Shown: positions 1 to 10,733 of the stretch, one piece after another
Layout: every line of letters begins with the position of its first letter
Position numbering within the stretch: position 1 is the stretch's first letter
Translations under genes and position numbers: made by a program
NCBI GenBank assembly: GCA_033764315.1
Contig: JANRJA010000170.1
Location: 25,885 to 89,884, forward strand
Length of the DNA: 64,000 nucleotides
Reading direction: 5' to 3'
Origin: Oculatellaceae cyanobacterium bins.114
Lineage (GTDB): Bacteria; Cyanobacteriota; Cyanobacteriia; Elainellales; Elainellaceae
The notes under the pieces: generated by a model
Told to the model about the DNA's origin: nothing
The model's database searches: none
The model's input: only the letters and a program-made list of their open reading frames with translations

Positions 1-362
1 TGAATCATAATACGAGAATGGGGCAAACTCATACGCTTGCCTTTTGCTCCCGCCGCCAACAAAAAGGCACCCATGCTGGCGGCTAATCCAACACAAATCG
101 TACAAACATCAGGGCGAATGTGATTCATCGTGTCAAAAATGCCTAGACCTGCACTGACAGATCCGCCAGGAGAGTTGAGATAGAGATAAATATCCTTCTC
201 AGGGTCTTCCGCTTCTAAAAACAGCAGTTGAGCCACGACCAGGTTAGCGACATCCGCATCAATGGGTTGACCCAAAAATACAATTCGCTCACGCAATAGT
301 CGGGAATAGATGTCAAAGGCGCGTTCGCCACGTCCGGATTGTTCAATAACGGTAGGAATCAT
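1..362 (-). CDS. clpP: ATP-dependent Clp protease proteolytic subunit (3' end runs off window)
   Basis: Minus strand from ATG at 362 reads [32 protein letters not shown]...YLNSPGGSV...[11 protein letters not shown], typical of ClpP. Absent from the ORF track because it is truncated. Confidence 0.95.
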   Translation of the reverse strand, partial: MIPTVIEQSGRGERAFDIYSRLLRERIVFLGQPIDADVANLVVAQLLFLEAEDPEKDIYLYLNSPGGSVSAGLGIFDTMNHIRPDVCTICVGLAASMGAFLLAAGAKGKRMSLPHSRIMI

Positions 363-401
363 GTGTCTGCTGTCTCGACAAATCTTTATCTAATCTAAAT
401 T

Positions 402-752
402 CTACTGATTGACGGAATTCTCGTGTTTGGCGGAGTCCTCTCCATCAGTAAGTTCGGTCAAGAGTTGACTCATGATCGATTGCAGTTTCATGCGAGGAAT
501 ATAGGGCCATCCCCCTTCAGCTTCCATATCTTTCAACATACTGTAAAGGGCTTGACGGTTGTCTGGCAAACAGTCTTGAAACAGCCCATCCCGAATTTCG
601 CGATGGAGTACTTCTAACTGACGCAACAAGGCTAACAATGCTAGTCCATCTCCCTGTCTGTGTTCAGCAGATTGCCAAACGGTAGCTGCGATCGCCTCTA
701 AATCAGATGAATTGGGCGATCGCTTCACCTCATTTTTACCTTGATGACTCAT
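402..752 (-). CDS. Conserved cyanobacterial hypothetical protein
   Basis: 116-aa ORF with LALLRQLE..HREIR and GGWPYIPRM motifs, co-oriented upstream of clpP. Confidence 0.75.
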   Translation of the reverse strand: MSHQGKNEVKRSPNSSDLEAIAATVWQSAEHRQGDGLALLALLRQLEVLHREIRDGLFQDCLPDNRQALYSMLKDMEAEGGWPYIPRMKLQSIMSQLLTELTDGEDSAKHENSVNQ

Positions 753-1217
753 GCGACCTCTCGTTTTTCCACAACCACCCTACCTAAAACCTCAGTAAAC
801 CTATGTACAGCTTTAACATCTTTTTCCATCAGTTCAAAATAAAGGTGACAAGGTCTTGTAAAATTCTGAGATGAGACCTTGAGGCAATTCATTCCAGGCT
901 TCTCTAGTAATAAACCTCTGGTAAAACGTCAGTTAAACTCATTCATTTTGTTTCGTGCATTAACTTCACACTCTCTAGAGGTCTCATTCGCAATTCAGCC
1001 TGGTTAAGAGTCCAACAGGTCTTTTGGGCAGCTTCACCCAGTTATACCGCTTCAAGTGTGCTCTCCAGCCACTTTGAGTTAAAAACAGGGTTATCTACCC
1101 AGCAAGTGACTCAAATGTCACAAAACCGTTATCCGTAGATATTTCTATCTAAACCACCAACTTACATTTTTGAGATAACACTGGCAGGGATTTTTGACAT
1201 TGACATTGAGGTTGACC

Positions 1218-2039
1218 ATGAGGTATCGCGCTCTAATCATCGCATTCCTAGCAATTTGTGTGAGTTTTTTGACAGCTTGTAGTGAAAGCGTATCGGCTGC
1301 AACCGGTCCTTTGACCTATGAGCAAATTCGGGGCACGGGTCTTGCAAATACCTGTCCCCAATTAGGTGAGACTAGCCGGGGTTCAATTCCCATTGATTCC
1401 AGCAAAACTTATGTGATCAAGGGCCTGTGTCTAGAACCTACAAGCTACTTCATCAAAGAAGAACCAACCAATAAGCGCCAAACTGCTGCGTTTGTTCCCG
1501 CTAAAGCACTCACCCGCTACACTTCTTCCATCGATCAGGTGATGGGCTCGTTAAAGGCTAATTCCAAAGGAGGTTTAACCTTCGTTGAGGAAGACGGCTT
1601 TGACTTCCAAGCAACCACTGTGCAACTGCCCGGTGGCGAACGAGTTCCTTTCCTCTTTACAATTAAAAACTTGGTTGCTACCGCTCAAACAGCAGACAGC
1701 ATCAACACTTCAACTGACTTTGAAGGTGATTTTAAGGTTCCTTCCTATCGGACTTCTAACTTCCTAGATCCAAAGGGACGGGGCTTAACGACGGGGTACG
1801 ACAACGCAGTAGCTCTGCCAGCACAAGCTGACAGTGAAGAGTTAGTGCGAGAAAATTTCAAAACGTTTGATATTGGTCAAGGCAAAATTTCTCTCCAAGT
1901 TGCCAAAGTTGATAACACCACTGGTGAAATCGCAGGTACCTTTGAGAGCATTCAACCATCTGATACCGATATGGGCGGTAAAGAGCCTGTAGACGTTAAG
2001 ATTCGCGGCATCTTTTATGCTCGCGTTGAGCCAGCCTAA
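1218..2039 (+). CDS. psbO: Photosystem II manganese-stabilizing protein
   Basis: MRYRALI.. signal peptide, TYEQIRGTGLANTCP, PSYRTSNFLDPKGRG, FESIQPSDTDMGGK. Confidence 0.97.
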   Translation: MRYRALIIAFLAICVSFLTACSESVSAATGPLTYEQIRGTGLANTCPQLGETSRGSIPIDSSKTYVIKGLCLEPTSYFIKEEPTNKRQTAAFVPAKALTRYTSSIDQVMGSLKANSKGGLTFVEEDGFDFQATTVQLPGGERVPFLFTIKNLVATAQTADSINTSTDFEGDFKVPSYRTSNFLDPKGRGLTTGYDNAVALPAQADSEELVRENFKTFDIGQGKISLQVAKVDNTTGEIAGTFESIQPSDTDMGGKEPVDVKIRGIFYARVEPA

Positions 2040-2099
2040 CCTGATATCTAGGTCTTTGACCCAGTAGGTCTTCAAAACCAGACAAGAATATTGACCTGT

Positions 2100-2140
2100 A
2101 GCAGCACTGTCCTTAATTAGGATAGTGCTGCTTCTGTTTT
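2100..2140 (+). terminator. Intrinsic terminator after psbO
   Basis: AGCAGCACTGTCCT-taatt-AGGATAGTGCTGCT hairpin followed by TCTGTTTT. Confidence 0.7.
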
Positions 2141-2496
2141 GTAAAGGTCAGCATGTTTCAAGCCTACCCCCTCATCTTTAACCCAGCCTTAAAAAACGTC
2201 TTCTTCATATTTTTTTTCTGTGAATACACCGATAAACACTAACAAGAACGAACTTACCTATGCCAATCTTGATTTAACCAGCTCTCAGGGTTACTGCAAG
2301 GTCACTGACTTCGTCGGAACTGCAGCCTTCTACCAAAACCTGTGCTCATAAAGCAGTTGGCTTGGCGATACAAAGCTGTTTCCCCTTGGGGAGAATCGCC
2401 CACTCAACCCATAAAGCCAACCTAAAGCAACTACCAGGTCTACGTATTTGACTGCCAGCCTCCCTCACAGTGATCAACCCCAACAGGAGAGAAAAA

Positions 2497-3801
2497 ATGA
2501 AGGAAAATCGGCTCCAGATGACTGTAAACCGTGAATCAACGGTCATCAGCCTAGCCTTTGCCACTCCCCACTCTGATCTACCTGACAGCAATTTAGTAGG
2601 AGCAGATTTACATAATGTCGATTTGAGCGGTGCTGATTTAAGTGGCGTTGACTTAAGAAACGCCAATCTGCGAGGAGCCGATCTGCGGGGCGCAAATCTT
2701 GTCGGTGCCGATCTCAGAGGTGCCGCACTGACAAACGCTAACTTAAGAGGAGCCAACCTCGGTCGTGCCATGCTCAGCGGTGCCACATTGAGCGGCACTA
2801 ATCTAACAGGAGCTGACTTGAGCAACACCATTCTCAGTGGTGCTAACTTGTGGGATGCCAATCTGAGCGGTGCTACTCTCGATCGCGCCAATTTATGGGA
2901 CGCCAACTTGAGTGGTGCTGACCTGAGCGGTGCCAATCTCAAAGGAGCCATTCTCAGTAGCTGTGATTTGAGAAGTGCCAACTTGAGCCGGAGCAGCCTT
3001 TGGGGAGTCAATCTTAATGGAGCCAACTTGAGCCGCGCTAAACTTTCTAACGTTGACTTTAGTAGTACTGACCTCAGTGCGTCAAATCTCTGGAACGCTG
3101 ACTTGACTAGCTCTGACTTGAGTTCGGCTTTAGTACAAGACACCCGGTTTGGTCAAAATCAGGGGCTGACTGAACCAACCAAGGTTGATTTGAGACAGCG
3201 TGGCGCAATCTTTGTCAATACCCTAGCAGACCGTAAACCTGCAACTGGTTCTCAATTTGCTAGCAAAAATGAAGTGAGCCAAGTTGATTCAATACCAGAA
3301 TCGGCACCGAGTGAGCTACCGCAACAAGTTCTCCTACCCAGCAAAGCAGCTTCGATCTTAGTGGCGACAGAAAACCTCCACAAAGCCCCTGTATCGATTG
3401 CAGTATCAGCATCAAACAAGATAGCCCACCCGATTAGGCATTCCGAGGTGCACTACGCACCTCAGTCACAGCCACTACCAGACACAGACATTGATATATT
3501 CCTTGGCTCCTCTGCTTCGATCACCGTTGAGTTAAACAGTGCGGCAACCGAAGCACCTCAGGAAACCCAATATAACGAACCCAACTGGATACCAGAATAT
3601 GATGACCTAAACTCAGAGGAGCCAACGGAAAGCAGCTCATGGGCAACCGAGGCAGAAATTGAATCTACAGATCGCTATGTCTCTCCCATTGCTCGTACAG
3701 CCGCCGAAATTCGTAGCCGTCGCGCGAGATTACAAGCAAAAAATGGTAAGCAAAATTGCAAAATCGAGCACTCTACGATGAACTTTAGTTATCGGTTTTA
3801 G
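2497..3801 (+). CDS. Pentapeptide repeat protein with long low-complexity C-terminal tail
   Basis: Many A(D/N)LxG repeats over about the first 220 aa, followed by an S/E/P-rich tail. Confidence 0.85.
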   Translation: MKENRLQMTVNRESTVISLAFATPHSDLPDSNLVGADLHNVDLSGADLSGVDLRNANLRGADLRGANLVGADLRGAALTNANLRGANLGRAMLSGATLSGTNLTGADLSNTILSGANLWDANLSGATLDRANLWDANLSGADLSGANLKGAILSSCDLRSANLSRSSLWGVNLNGANLSRAKLSNVDFSSTDLSASNLWNADLTSSDLSSALVQDTRFGQNQGLTEPTKVDLRQRGAIFVNTLADRKPATGSQFASKNEVSQVDSIPESAPSELPQQVLLPSKAASILVATENLHKAPVSIAVSASNKIAHPIRHSEVHYAPQSQPLPDTDIDIFLGSSASITVELNSAATEAPQETQYNEPNWIPEYDDLNSEEPTESSSWATEAEIESTDRYVSPIARTAAEIRSRRARLQAKNGKQNCKIEHSTMNFSYRF

Positions 3802-4438
3802 CAAGTCAGGTCGATTAACTTGTATATTACCGAGTCAAATTCATCATGAAGCGACTCCAAGATTCGGATTGATGGTGAATATCAAATAGTGAATATCACA
3901 TATTACATGAGGTAGTTCACTTGTATGGGGTCATTAACTCATACCAATTATTGTGATGAACATGATGTGACGTGCATCAATGGCATGGAGGTCAGAATAT
4001 GTAATTGTTTTAATGTTGAGTTTTGAAAACTGATAGTCAGTGTATGTGCTTAGATGCACTATCACCCACTGAAACATCTCAATGACTTAATAAGTTTTTG
4101 CAATACCCTATCGCTAAGTATGTTGATTTGATGAAGCAAAATCGATGTGAGTTAGAGAGATGTCCAGTTTTCGATATAGTTTCAGTAAAAATGCCGTTGT
4201 TACTAACCTCTCTGACCGAATAAGTTGAACTTGCGAATTTATAAAGTTGGTTTAGTAGCATTTTCCCTGCTTAAACCTTCCTCGTCCAAGACTACTTGTG
4301 TTAGTTCAAATTTCATTTTTAATGAACACTAGATTCGTACTATCAACTGATTAATCCGGTTATTTATGCCGGGGATTTGATTAAGAGCCAATTCATTGTT
4401 CCGTTCAAGTCACGTACTTTTTTTACCTGAATCTCGTC

Positions 4439-5212
4439 ATGTATACCCCGATCGCCAGTGAACTCAAGAGTGAAAGCTTACAGTTGTTGCGGGAATATCA
4501 AAAAACTCCCTCCGCTGAAATTCGCAATCAGTTAGTCCAACTCAATTTTGGTCTGGTTCGGAAAGAGGCTCATCATTGGGTTAATCAATGTACTGAGAGC
4601 TACGAAGATTTATTGCAAGTGGGTAGCTTGGGTTTAATTCGCGCGATCGAACGGTTTGATATGTCAAAAGGACATGCCTTTAGTTCCTTTGCAATTCCCT
4701 ATATTCGAGGCGAAATTCAACATTATTTACGCGATAAAGGGGCTCCTGTTCGGATTCCTCGCCGTTGGCAAGCGTTACGCCATCAAGCAACTGGTGTGAT
4801 TCGAGAGCTACAAGTCGAGTTAAACCGCCCACCCAATGATGCCGAGATTGCGGTTGCCCTCGAAATTTCGTTAGAAGAATGGCAAGAGATTAAATTAGCT
4901 TGTCGCAATCGGGCTCCCCTCAGCTTAGATGCGCCGATGCGTGATGAAGAAGAAGGCTCGACTTCTCTAGGAGATTTGCTGCCCGATACACAATATCGCA
5001 GTTTTCAGCTGGCTCAGGAAGACCAAATTCGCTTACAGCAAGCGTTAGTGCAACTAGAGCAACGCACCCGCGATGTCTTAGAGTTTGTCTTTTTGCATGA
5101 CTTGACTCAAAAAGAAACCGCCGAGCGTTTGGGCATTAGTGCTGTTACTGTTTCGCGCCGAGTCAAGAAAGGCTTAAAGCTTTTGAAAAAGTCTATGATT
5201 GGTGTCTCATAG
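4439..5212 (+). CDS. sigF: Group 3 RNA polymerase sigma factor (SigF type)
   Basis: RNQLVQLNFGLVRKEAHHW, EDLLQVGSLGLIRAIERFD, SSFAIPYIRGEIQHYLRDK, and a region 4 HTH LTQKETAERLGISAVTVSRR. Confidence 0.88.
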   Translation: MYTPIASELKSESLQLLREYQKTPSAEIRNQLVQLNFGLVRKEAHHWVNQCTESYEDLLQVGSLGLIRAIERFDMSKGHAFSSFAIPYIRGEIQHYLRDKGAPVRIPRRWQALRHQATGVIRELQVELNRPPNDAEIAVALEISLEEWQEIKLACRNRAPLSLDAPMRDEEEGSTSLGDLLPDTQYRSFQLAQEDQIRLQQALVQLEQRTRDVLEFVFLHDLTQKETAERLGISAVTVSRRVKKGLKLLKKSMIGVS

Positions 5213-5260
5213 CCCTCAATACTCTTGAGTGAAGACTTGAGTGAAGAGCATCCCGCTTTG

Positions 5261-5310
5261 ATCAATCATTGACAGTTCTATCAATCATTGACCCTCTTAT
5301 CAATCATTGA
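5261..5310. repeat. Three copies of ATCAATCATTGA at 19-bp period
   Basis: Copies at 5261, 5280 and 5299 with 7-nt spacers CAGTTCT and CCCTCTT. Confidence 0.85.
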
Positions 5311-5326
5311 AGGGAATGGCAAGCGT

Positions 5327-5360
5327 AAGGTCCCCGAATTCTTTAAGAAATCGGGGACTT
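5327..5360. repeat. Palindromic dispersed repeat (TCCCCG...CGGGGA type), possible terminator
   Basis: AAGGTCCCCGAATTCTTTAAGAAATCGGGGACTT; related hairpin at 49636-49668. Confidence 0.6.
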
Positions 5361-5479
5361 TGGTCGTCAAGCTCTAGCCACTAATTAATCTGCCACACCA
5401 GAGGTCAAACATCATTTATCCAGGTAAGCACTGAACAGATGGTAATTTTCTAAGATAGAGGTAGTTTTTATTCGCCACA

Positions 5480-7378
5480 ATGTCAGACTCTCCTTCACTG
5501 CGCGATCGCTACTTAGAACTGATTGACCAGATTGTGCAAATGACGCTCAAGGGTCAAATTCGTTCTAAAGAACAGGTTTTTCAAATGCTGTCCGATAGTG
5601 TTGCTGTCGGCACAGGGGAAATCTTTGAGCGATGTTTGGGCGATCGCCTGGAAACCTTTCAGCAACAGAGTAACACTCAAGATGAGTTGAAACAGGCAAA
5701 AGCTGCTCGAAGCCTGCGAGCCCTACAAACTATTCGAGGCGAGTGGGAGCGGTGGCAACAACAAAATCAGGCGAGTGCCATTCTATTAACTGCCGTCAAA
5801 GAGGTGCTGGGGTCGGGGACGGGGGATGATGCTGCTGGGCGTCTTCAGGCATTGTTGCGGGTCTTAGACCCCAATCGTCCTCATCCTCTAACCTTGCCTC
5901 AATGTCAACAACTCGCGAAATTGCTGCCTCAACAGGTTCTACAACTGGCGATCGCGACTCCAGAGTTGCAGGTTGAGATTCAAGATATTGCTCAGGGAAT
6001 AACCCAGGGCTTAGACAACTGGCATCGATTAGAAAATCATCTAGTCAGTTGGATTTATGAACAAGGGCAGGGACAACTGGGGTTTGGCGGAGTTCCGGGC
6101 GATCGCGGTCCTTGGGCACTGTGGGCAAAACAGGTGAATAGCCCCCTCCTAAAAGCCTTCTTTCAACAGTTAGCCCTGGAGCAGTCGGTTACTGACTGGA
6201 TTGGCCATACACCTGACTTTGGCGTTGCTTCGTTGGTTGAGTGGGTGGTGGTGTTGCGCTGTTTGCAGCAAGGGTTAGTGACTTGGTTTGACAAGCTGGT
6301 GTATGACTCAAAAGTGGGAGCAAAGCTTTCCATTTCAACCTTTTTGGGTTTTGCGGTGATTTGGTCACAGTTGGGGCATGGGCTGACCCGCTCCACTCAC
6401 TTAAATTCGGTCAATCGCAGTCGTTTGGCAGATGGATGCCTGCAAGTGACGTTGCAGATTTTGCGGACGTTTGCCCAGCGGGATTATTTTCCTCTGTATG
6501 GTGGAATTTTTGCCTCCTTCTCAGGGCAATTTCTCCGAGATGCACTCAATTATCTGGATGAACCTCTAAAGCGAGCTGAGGGGACTCAAGAAAAAGCCCG
6601 GATTCTAACTTTGTTGGGCTACTCACAACGGGCACAAGGACGAACTGAACAGGCGATCGCCTTTCATCAACAAGCCCTGATCATTGCCAGAGAAGCAGGC
6701 GATTCTGTCTGTGAGATTGCCAGCCTCAATCACCTCAGTCGTACCTACGTAGCACAATCAAACTACAGTGAGGCGATTAACTACAGCCAGAGAGCTTTGA
6801 TTTTGAGCCGTCAGACAGGCGATCGCCCCGGTGAAGCCAATGCTCTAGCCAATTTGGGGTATAGCGAAGTCTTTCAAGCGCAGCAGCTAGAGGCAGAGCC
6901 AGAGATTTACGAAATGGCCGTGAGCTATCTGCAACAGGGATTGCAGTTGTCAGAACGGTTGGGCGATCGCCAGAGCCAAGCCCTTTGTCTCAGCAGTTTG
7001 GGCATTGCCTATGTGGTTTTAGAGCAATTAACCGAGGCGATCGCTGGTTTAGAAAAAGGGGTTCAAGCGGCTCAGTTTTCAGGTGATTTGTACCTCCAGG
7101 GCATCAGTCTGGCATACTTAGCCGAAGCCCATTATCGGCTGCAACACCATCCTCAGGCGATCGCTTTTGGCTGTATCGGCATGTACTTACTAGAACAAAT
7201 CATGTCTACCAGTTGGCGACAACCTGCCGGATTACTCACCGTGTTGCGAGGTCAATTGGGAGATGAAGCGTTTCGCACGCTTTTAGGACAACAGCGATCG
7301 CAAATCATCACGGTGATTGGGGTCGATGGGTATGATTATTTGCCGGAGTTGCTAAAGCGATATCAACAGGAGGGATGA
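5480..7378 (+). CDS. Tetratricopeptide repeat protein
   Basis: C-terminal TPRs (AIAFHQQALIIAREAGD..EIASLNHL; AINYSQRAL..RQTGDRPGEANALANLG). Confidence 0.85.
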   Translation: MSDSPSLRDRYLELIDQIVQMTLKGQIRSKEQVFQMLSDSVAVGTGEIFERCLGDRLETFQQQSNTQDELKQAKAARSLRALQTIRGEWERWQQQNQASAILLTAVKEVLGSGTGDDAAGRLQALLRVLDPNRPHPLTLPQCQQLAKLLPQQVLQLAIATPELQVEIQDIAQGITQGLDNWHRLENHLVSWIYEQGQGQLGFGGVPGDRGPWALWAKQVNSPLLKAFFQQLALEQSVTDWIGHTPDFGVASLVEWVVVLRCLQQGLVTWFDKLVYDSKVGAKLSISTFLGFAVIWSQLGHGLTRSTHLNSVNRSRLADGCLQVTLQILRTFAQRDYFPLYGGIFASFSGQFLRDALNYLDEPLKRAEGTQEKARILTLLGYSQRAQGRTEQAIAFHQQALIIAREAGDSVCEIASLNHLSRTYVAQSNYSEAINYSQRALILSRQTGDRPGEANALANLGYSEVFQAQQLEAEPEIYEMAVSYLQQGLQLSERLGDRQSQALCLSSLGIAYVVLEQLTEAIAGLEKGVQAAQFSGDLYLQGISLAYLAEAHYRLQHHPQAIAFGCIGMYLLEQIMSTSWRQPAGLLTVLRGQLGDEAFRTLLGQQRSQIITVIGVDGYDYLPELLKRYQQEG

Positions 7379-7557
7379 GGAGGAGAGAAATATAAAGGCT
7401 GAAGAATAATAAAAAGAAAAAATAAAGGGTGAGAAGAGACGCGATTAATCGCGTCTGTACGGCAAGGTGGCAATATCTAATGAAGGCAGAAAGCTGAGGG
7501 GAATAGGTATCGCCCTAGAGCGGCGAATCCGGCAAATTGAGCCAGATGAGAATTGAA

Positions 7558-8337
7558 TTAATTCCTACTGTTGGGTAGAGCTGTCATGCAGCCATAGTCT
7601 GAAAGGGCTTGAGTGACCTGCGGGATGAGGGATTCCGGTAATTCAGCAGGCACCGTAGGAGGCGACGTGGCGGCAACCGTGCGAATAGTGCCCTGATTAT
7701 CTATCACACTCATGAACAATACTGGGTATGGTTCACTACCCACGGCATATCGTGCCAATGCTGTAGCCGATCCGACAGAACGAATTTGGTTGCTCCGCAG
7801 TTGCCCACCTTGCACAGTGGCGATCGAAACCGACAGGATTTGCTCACTAATCACATCCGTGCCGTACTCCCCTGTGACCTCATTCAAAATCTGGAGGCTC
7901 CATTCAGGCTTAAACTCCAGGACACACACTTGGTCTGGCGTGTTGGCAGGGAAAATCGTTAAGGAATAGGGGTAGGCTTCATCATTGTGCCACGACCCGA
8001 CGAAGGTAGAGACATCGGGGTTGACAGCGGCCCACACGGCTCGATAATCCTGAAGTGCTTCTGAAAAGGGTGGAGGAGCCGGTACTTTATCAAGTCCAGC
8101 CAACCCAAACCAGGTATCAATACCTAAAGTTAATTGGGTCTGTAGGGTTTCGACCTCAGCCTCAGACAATGGAGGCAAGAGAGAAGCGGTGCTGATTGGC
8201 AAAGAAGGCTCCTCCACTACTGGTTCTGTTCCCACAGTTGGGGTTGAGGAATTTTCAGCGGGACTGGGTTGACACACGAAAAGCCCAATAGCCAGTAAGC
8301 TGAGGCTAGCCGAAACTCGCAATATGTTGACTTTCAT
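7558..8337 (-). CDS. Exported hypothetical protein
   Basis: MKVNILRVSASLSLLAIGLFVC signal-like N-terminus and a long ORF. Confidence 0.7.
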   Translation of the reverse strand: MKVNILRVSASLSLLAIGLFVCQPSPAENSSTPTVGTEPVVEEPSLPISTASLLPPLSEAEVETLQTQLTLGIDTWFGLAGLDKVPAPPPFSEALQDYRAVWAAVNPDVSTFVGSWHNDEAYPYSLTIFPANTPDQVCVLEFKPEWSLQILNEVTGEYGTDVISEQILSVSIATVQGGQLRSNQIRSVGSATALARYAVGSEPYPVLFMSVIDNQGTIRTVAATSPPTVPAELPESLIPQVTQALSDYGCMTALPNSRN

Positions 8338-8622
8338 AAGAGACAGAGAAGGCAAAGGGCAGACCGTGAACAATAATCACTGTTTCTATTTAAGACACTA
8401 CGAAGGATGCTTTCGAGTTTTCGTACAGCCTGGATAATAAATCTCCTCTCAAAGGGGCGATCGCAGAACCCATCAATCGCAGAATCCATGAAGAGATAAC
8501 TAACACCCTCCCTCATTTCCTCCCTCTCTCTCCTTCTCATGACGCTCTGGGAAGTGGCACAGATGCACATCTTTCTAAAATTGGCAACGATAGGATATGA
8601 AGTAACAAAAGTTATATAAGAG

Positions 8623-9039
8623 ATGGAGAGTATGAACGCTCGTCGTTGGACTGTTATTCCCGCTGCACTGACTATCGCATTGGCGATCGCTACCTCTGCC
8701 CATGCTGATACCGTGCGAACCCCTCTCCAGTCTGCGGTGGTCGTCACTGGAAGTTCTGGTGGTTCTCAATCTAGTGCTTGTGGATTTATCTCAGGTACAC
8801 CCAGCCAGGTTGTGGTTGTTGACCAACCCACTCCACTGCGTTTTGTGGTTGAAAGTCAGGGACAACCCACTCTGTTGATCACTGGTTCAGGTCAAAACCG
8901 CTGTGCTATGGCAGATGCTTATTCTGGTGGTACGGTGCAGATTCCTGGTGTGTTAAATCCAGGCACCTATTCGGTGTTTGTAGGCGATCGCGACCAGGGT
9001 AGTCATTCTTATACCTTACGCATCACTCAAGGCAACTAA
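8623..9039 (+). CDS. Small secreted protein (PPC-like beta domain)
   Basis: Signal peptide ending AHA, a Cys pair, and PGTYSVFVG...YTLRIT. Confidence 0.7.
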   Translation: MESMNARRWTVIPAALTIALAIATSAHADTVRTPLQSAVVVTGSSGGSQSSACGFISGTPSQVVVVDQPTPLRFVVESQGQPTLLITGSGQNRCAMADAYSGGTVQIPGVLNPGTYSVFVGDRDQGSHSYTLRITQGN

Positions 9040-9060
9040 TCTCTCCCTGATCGGGGGCAG

Positions 9061-9441
9061 CTAGTCTTCAATTTGCCGAGCAGGTACTTCTACCGCCTCA
9101 ATGTCTACCGTCCCCGGTGGAGTAAGGCGGTGGATTTCCCCTTTTTCCACTTTAAGCGGTTCACTGCAATTGGGGCATCGCAGTTGAGTGCCATTAATCC
9201 CTGCTAACTCATAGTGGCAAACGGGACAGGCTTGCTCAACCAGATTGCGTTTGAGCCACCAACGAAAGCCCAAAAAACCGATGATGGGCGCGATGATGAT
9301 GAAGCCAATTACGATAAAAAAAGATTTAACCAACCAGCCCAGACCAATGGAACCCAGGAGCCACGCGATCGCCAATAGAGTGATCCAAAAACTTAACCCT
9401 GACAGGTTCAATTGCCAGCTTCTGTAACTGTTTTGATTCAT
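9061..9441 (-). CDS. Membrane protein with C-terminal zinc ribbon
   Basis: Two TM segments, then CPVC...CPNC. Confidence 0.8.
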   Translation of the reverse strand: MNQNSYRSWQLNLSGLSFWITLLAIAWLLGSIGLGWLVKSFFIVIGFIIIAPIIGFLGFRWWLKRNLVEQACPVCHYELAGINGTQLRCPNCSEPLKVEKGEIHRLTPPGTVDIEAVEVPARQIED

Positions 9442-9554
9442 AGCAATCTCCTACAAGGCTTCAGGAATTGAATTTAAAAAAATGCTCCATTATTGGGATC
9501 ATACCAACTACAGCGGCTCCTGTGCCTATCTGCCCTGAAGACGAACAATTTTTA

Positions 9555-10733
9555 TCAACTGAAGAGCTGCTCTAACCGTTTGACAAACGCATCTCGACCA
9601 AAGTGTGAAATAGCTTGTTGACGCAGCCAAGAGCCATCAGTGCGGCGAGATAGGGCACCTTCTTGATGAGCAGTTGCTGCAGCAGTGCTTAATTCCTGCA
9701 AAATTTCGATGCAGGCTTGAGCCACAGCATCAGGGTCACGATGAGGTACTCGCCACCCCAATTGACCATCCTGAAGCGGGTCAGCCGAACCATCGGTATC
9801 TCCCGCTAAAACAGGTTTGCCACATGCCATCGCTTCTAAATAAACAATTCCAAATCCCTCTTGCGACGGCATGACATAGACATCGGCCAGACGATAATGA
9901 TCTGCTAAATCGTCGGTCGCCACATAACCAGCAAAGACAACGCGATCGCTTACTTCTAAATCAACGGCTAACTGAGCCAATCGGGGTTGGTCATCCCCCC
10001 GACCAATCACCAAATATTTCACTTGAGGAAAAACTTGGGCGATCGCAGGCAACGCTCGAATCGTGACATCCACCCCTTTATAAGCGTCTCCTGCCCATAG
10101 CCGAGCGACAGTCATCAACACGGTGGCTTCAGCAAGACCATATTTTTCAACCCAGTGGGTGGGTTTAGTCCCAGGGGTAAACCGATCGCCATCGACAGCA
10201 CACGGCAAGACCTGAAACAAGTGAGAGTCAAGATCGTTAGAGGTACACGCTTGATCGCGGCTAAAGCGGCTAATTGTCCAAATGGTGGTTGCCCGTTGTA
10301 AAGCACGAAGACTGGCTGTTGGCAGCGATGTCCACACTTCTTTGCCATAGGTCAACACCGTGTAGGAAATTCCCAAGGGTTGACACAGCATTTGCACTAG
10401 GGGGGCCAGTTTGACGTGACCACAAAAGACTCGTTGAGGGCGATATTTGAGCAAATAGAACAGCAGGGCGATCGCCAGTCGAATCCGATCTAAACGAGCA
10501 GACTTGGTCTTGAAATAATGAAACTGAAATGAGGGAGACGACTCAAATGGGTTTTGACAATGAGGCTCGTCTCGCAACAAAAAAATATCAGCCAGAGGTT
10601 GATGCTTCAGGGCAGAATATCCCTGTAACACGTCTTTGATATAGGATTGGATGCCTCCCTCGCTGCTAAAGATTTCTAGAAAAACAAAGCAATAGCGCGA
10701 TTGAGTAGGAGAGTGGGTTGCAGAATGTGACAT
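9555..10733 (-). CDS. Glycosyltransferase family 4
   Basis: GGIQ N-terminal loop, YKGVD, MPSQEGFGIVYLEAMACGKPV. ATG overlaps the gmd stop (TAATG). Confidence 0.9.
   Translation of the reverse strand: MSHSATHSPTQSRYCFVFLEIFSSEGGIQSYIKDVLQGYSALKHQPLADIFLLRDEPHCQNPFESSPSFQFHYFKTKSARLDRIRLAIALLFYLLKYRPQRVFCGHVKLAPLVQMLCQPLGISYTVLTYGKEVWTSLPTASLRALQRATTIWTISRFSRDQACTSNDLDSHLFQVLPCAVDGDRFTPGTKPTHWVEKYGLAEATVLMTVARLWAGDAYKGVDVTIRALPAIAQVFPQVKYLVIGRGDDQPRLAQLAVDLEVSDRVVFAGYVATDDLADHYRLADVYVMPSQEGFGIVYLEAMACGKPVLAGDTDGSADPLQDGQLGWRVPHRDPDAVAQACIEILQELSTAAATAHQEGALSRRTDGSWLRQQAISHFGRDAFVKRLEQLFS

Noticed and set aside
2346..3143. 265-aa minus-strand ORF
   Set aside because: Antisense shadow of the pentapeptide repeat gene.
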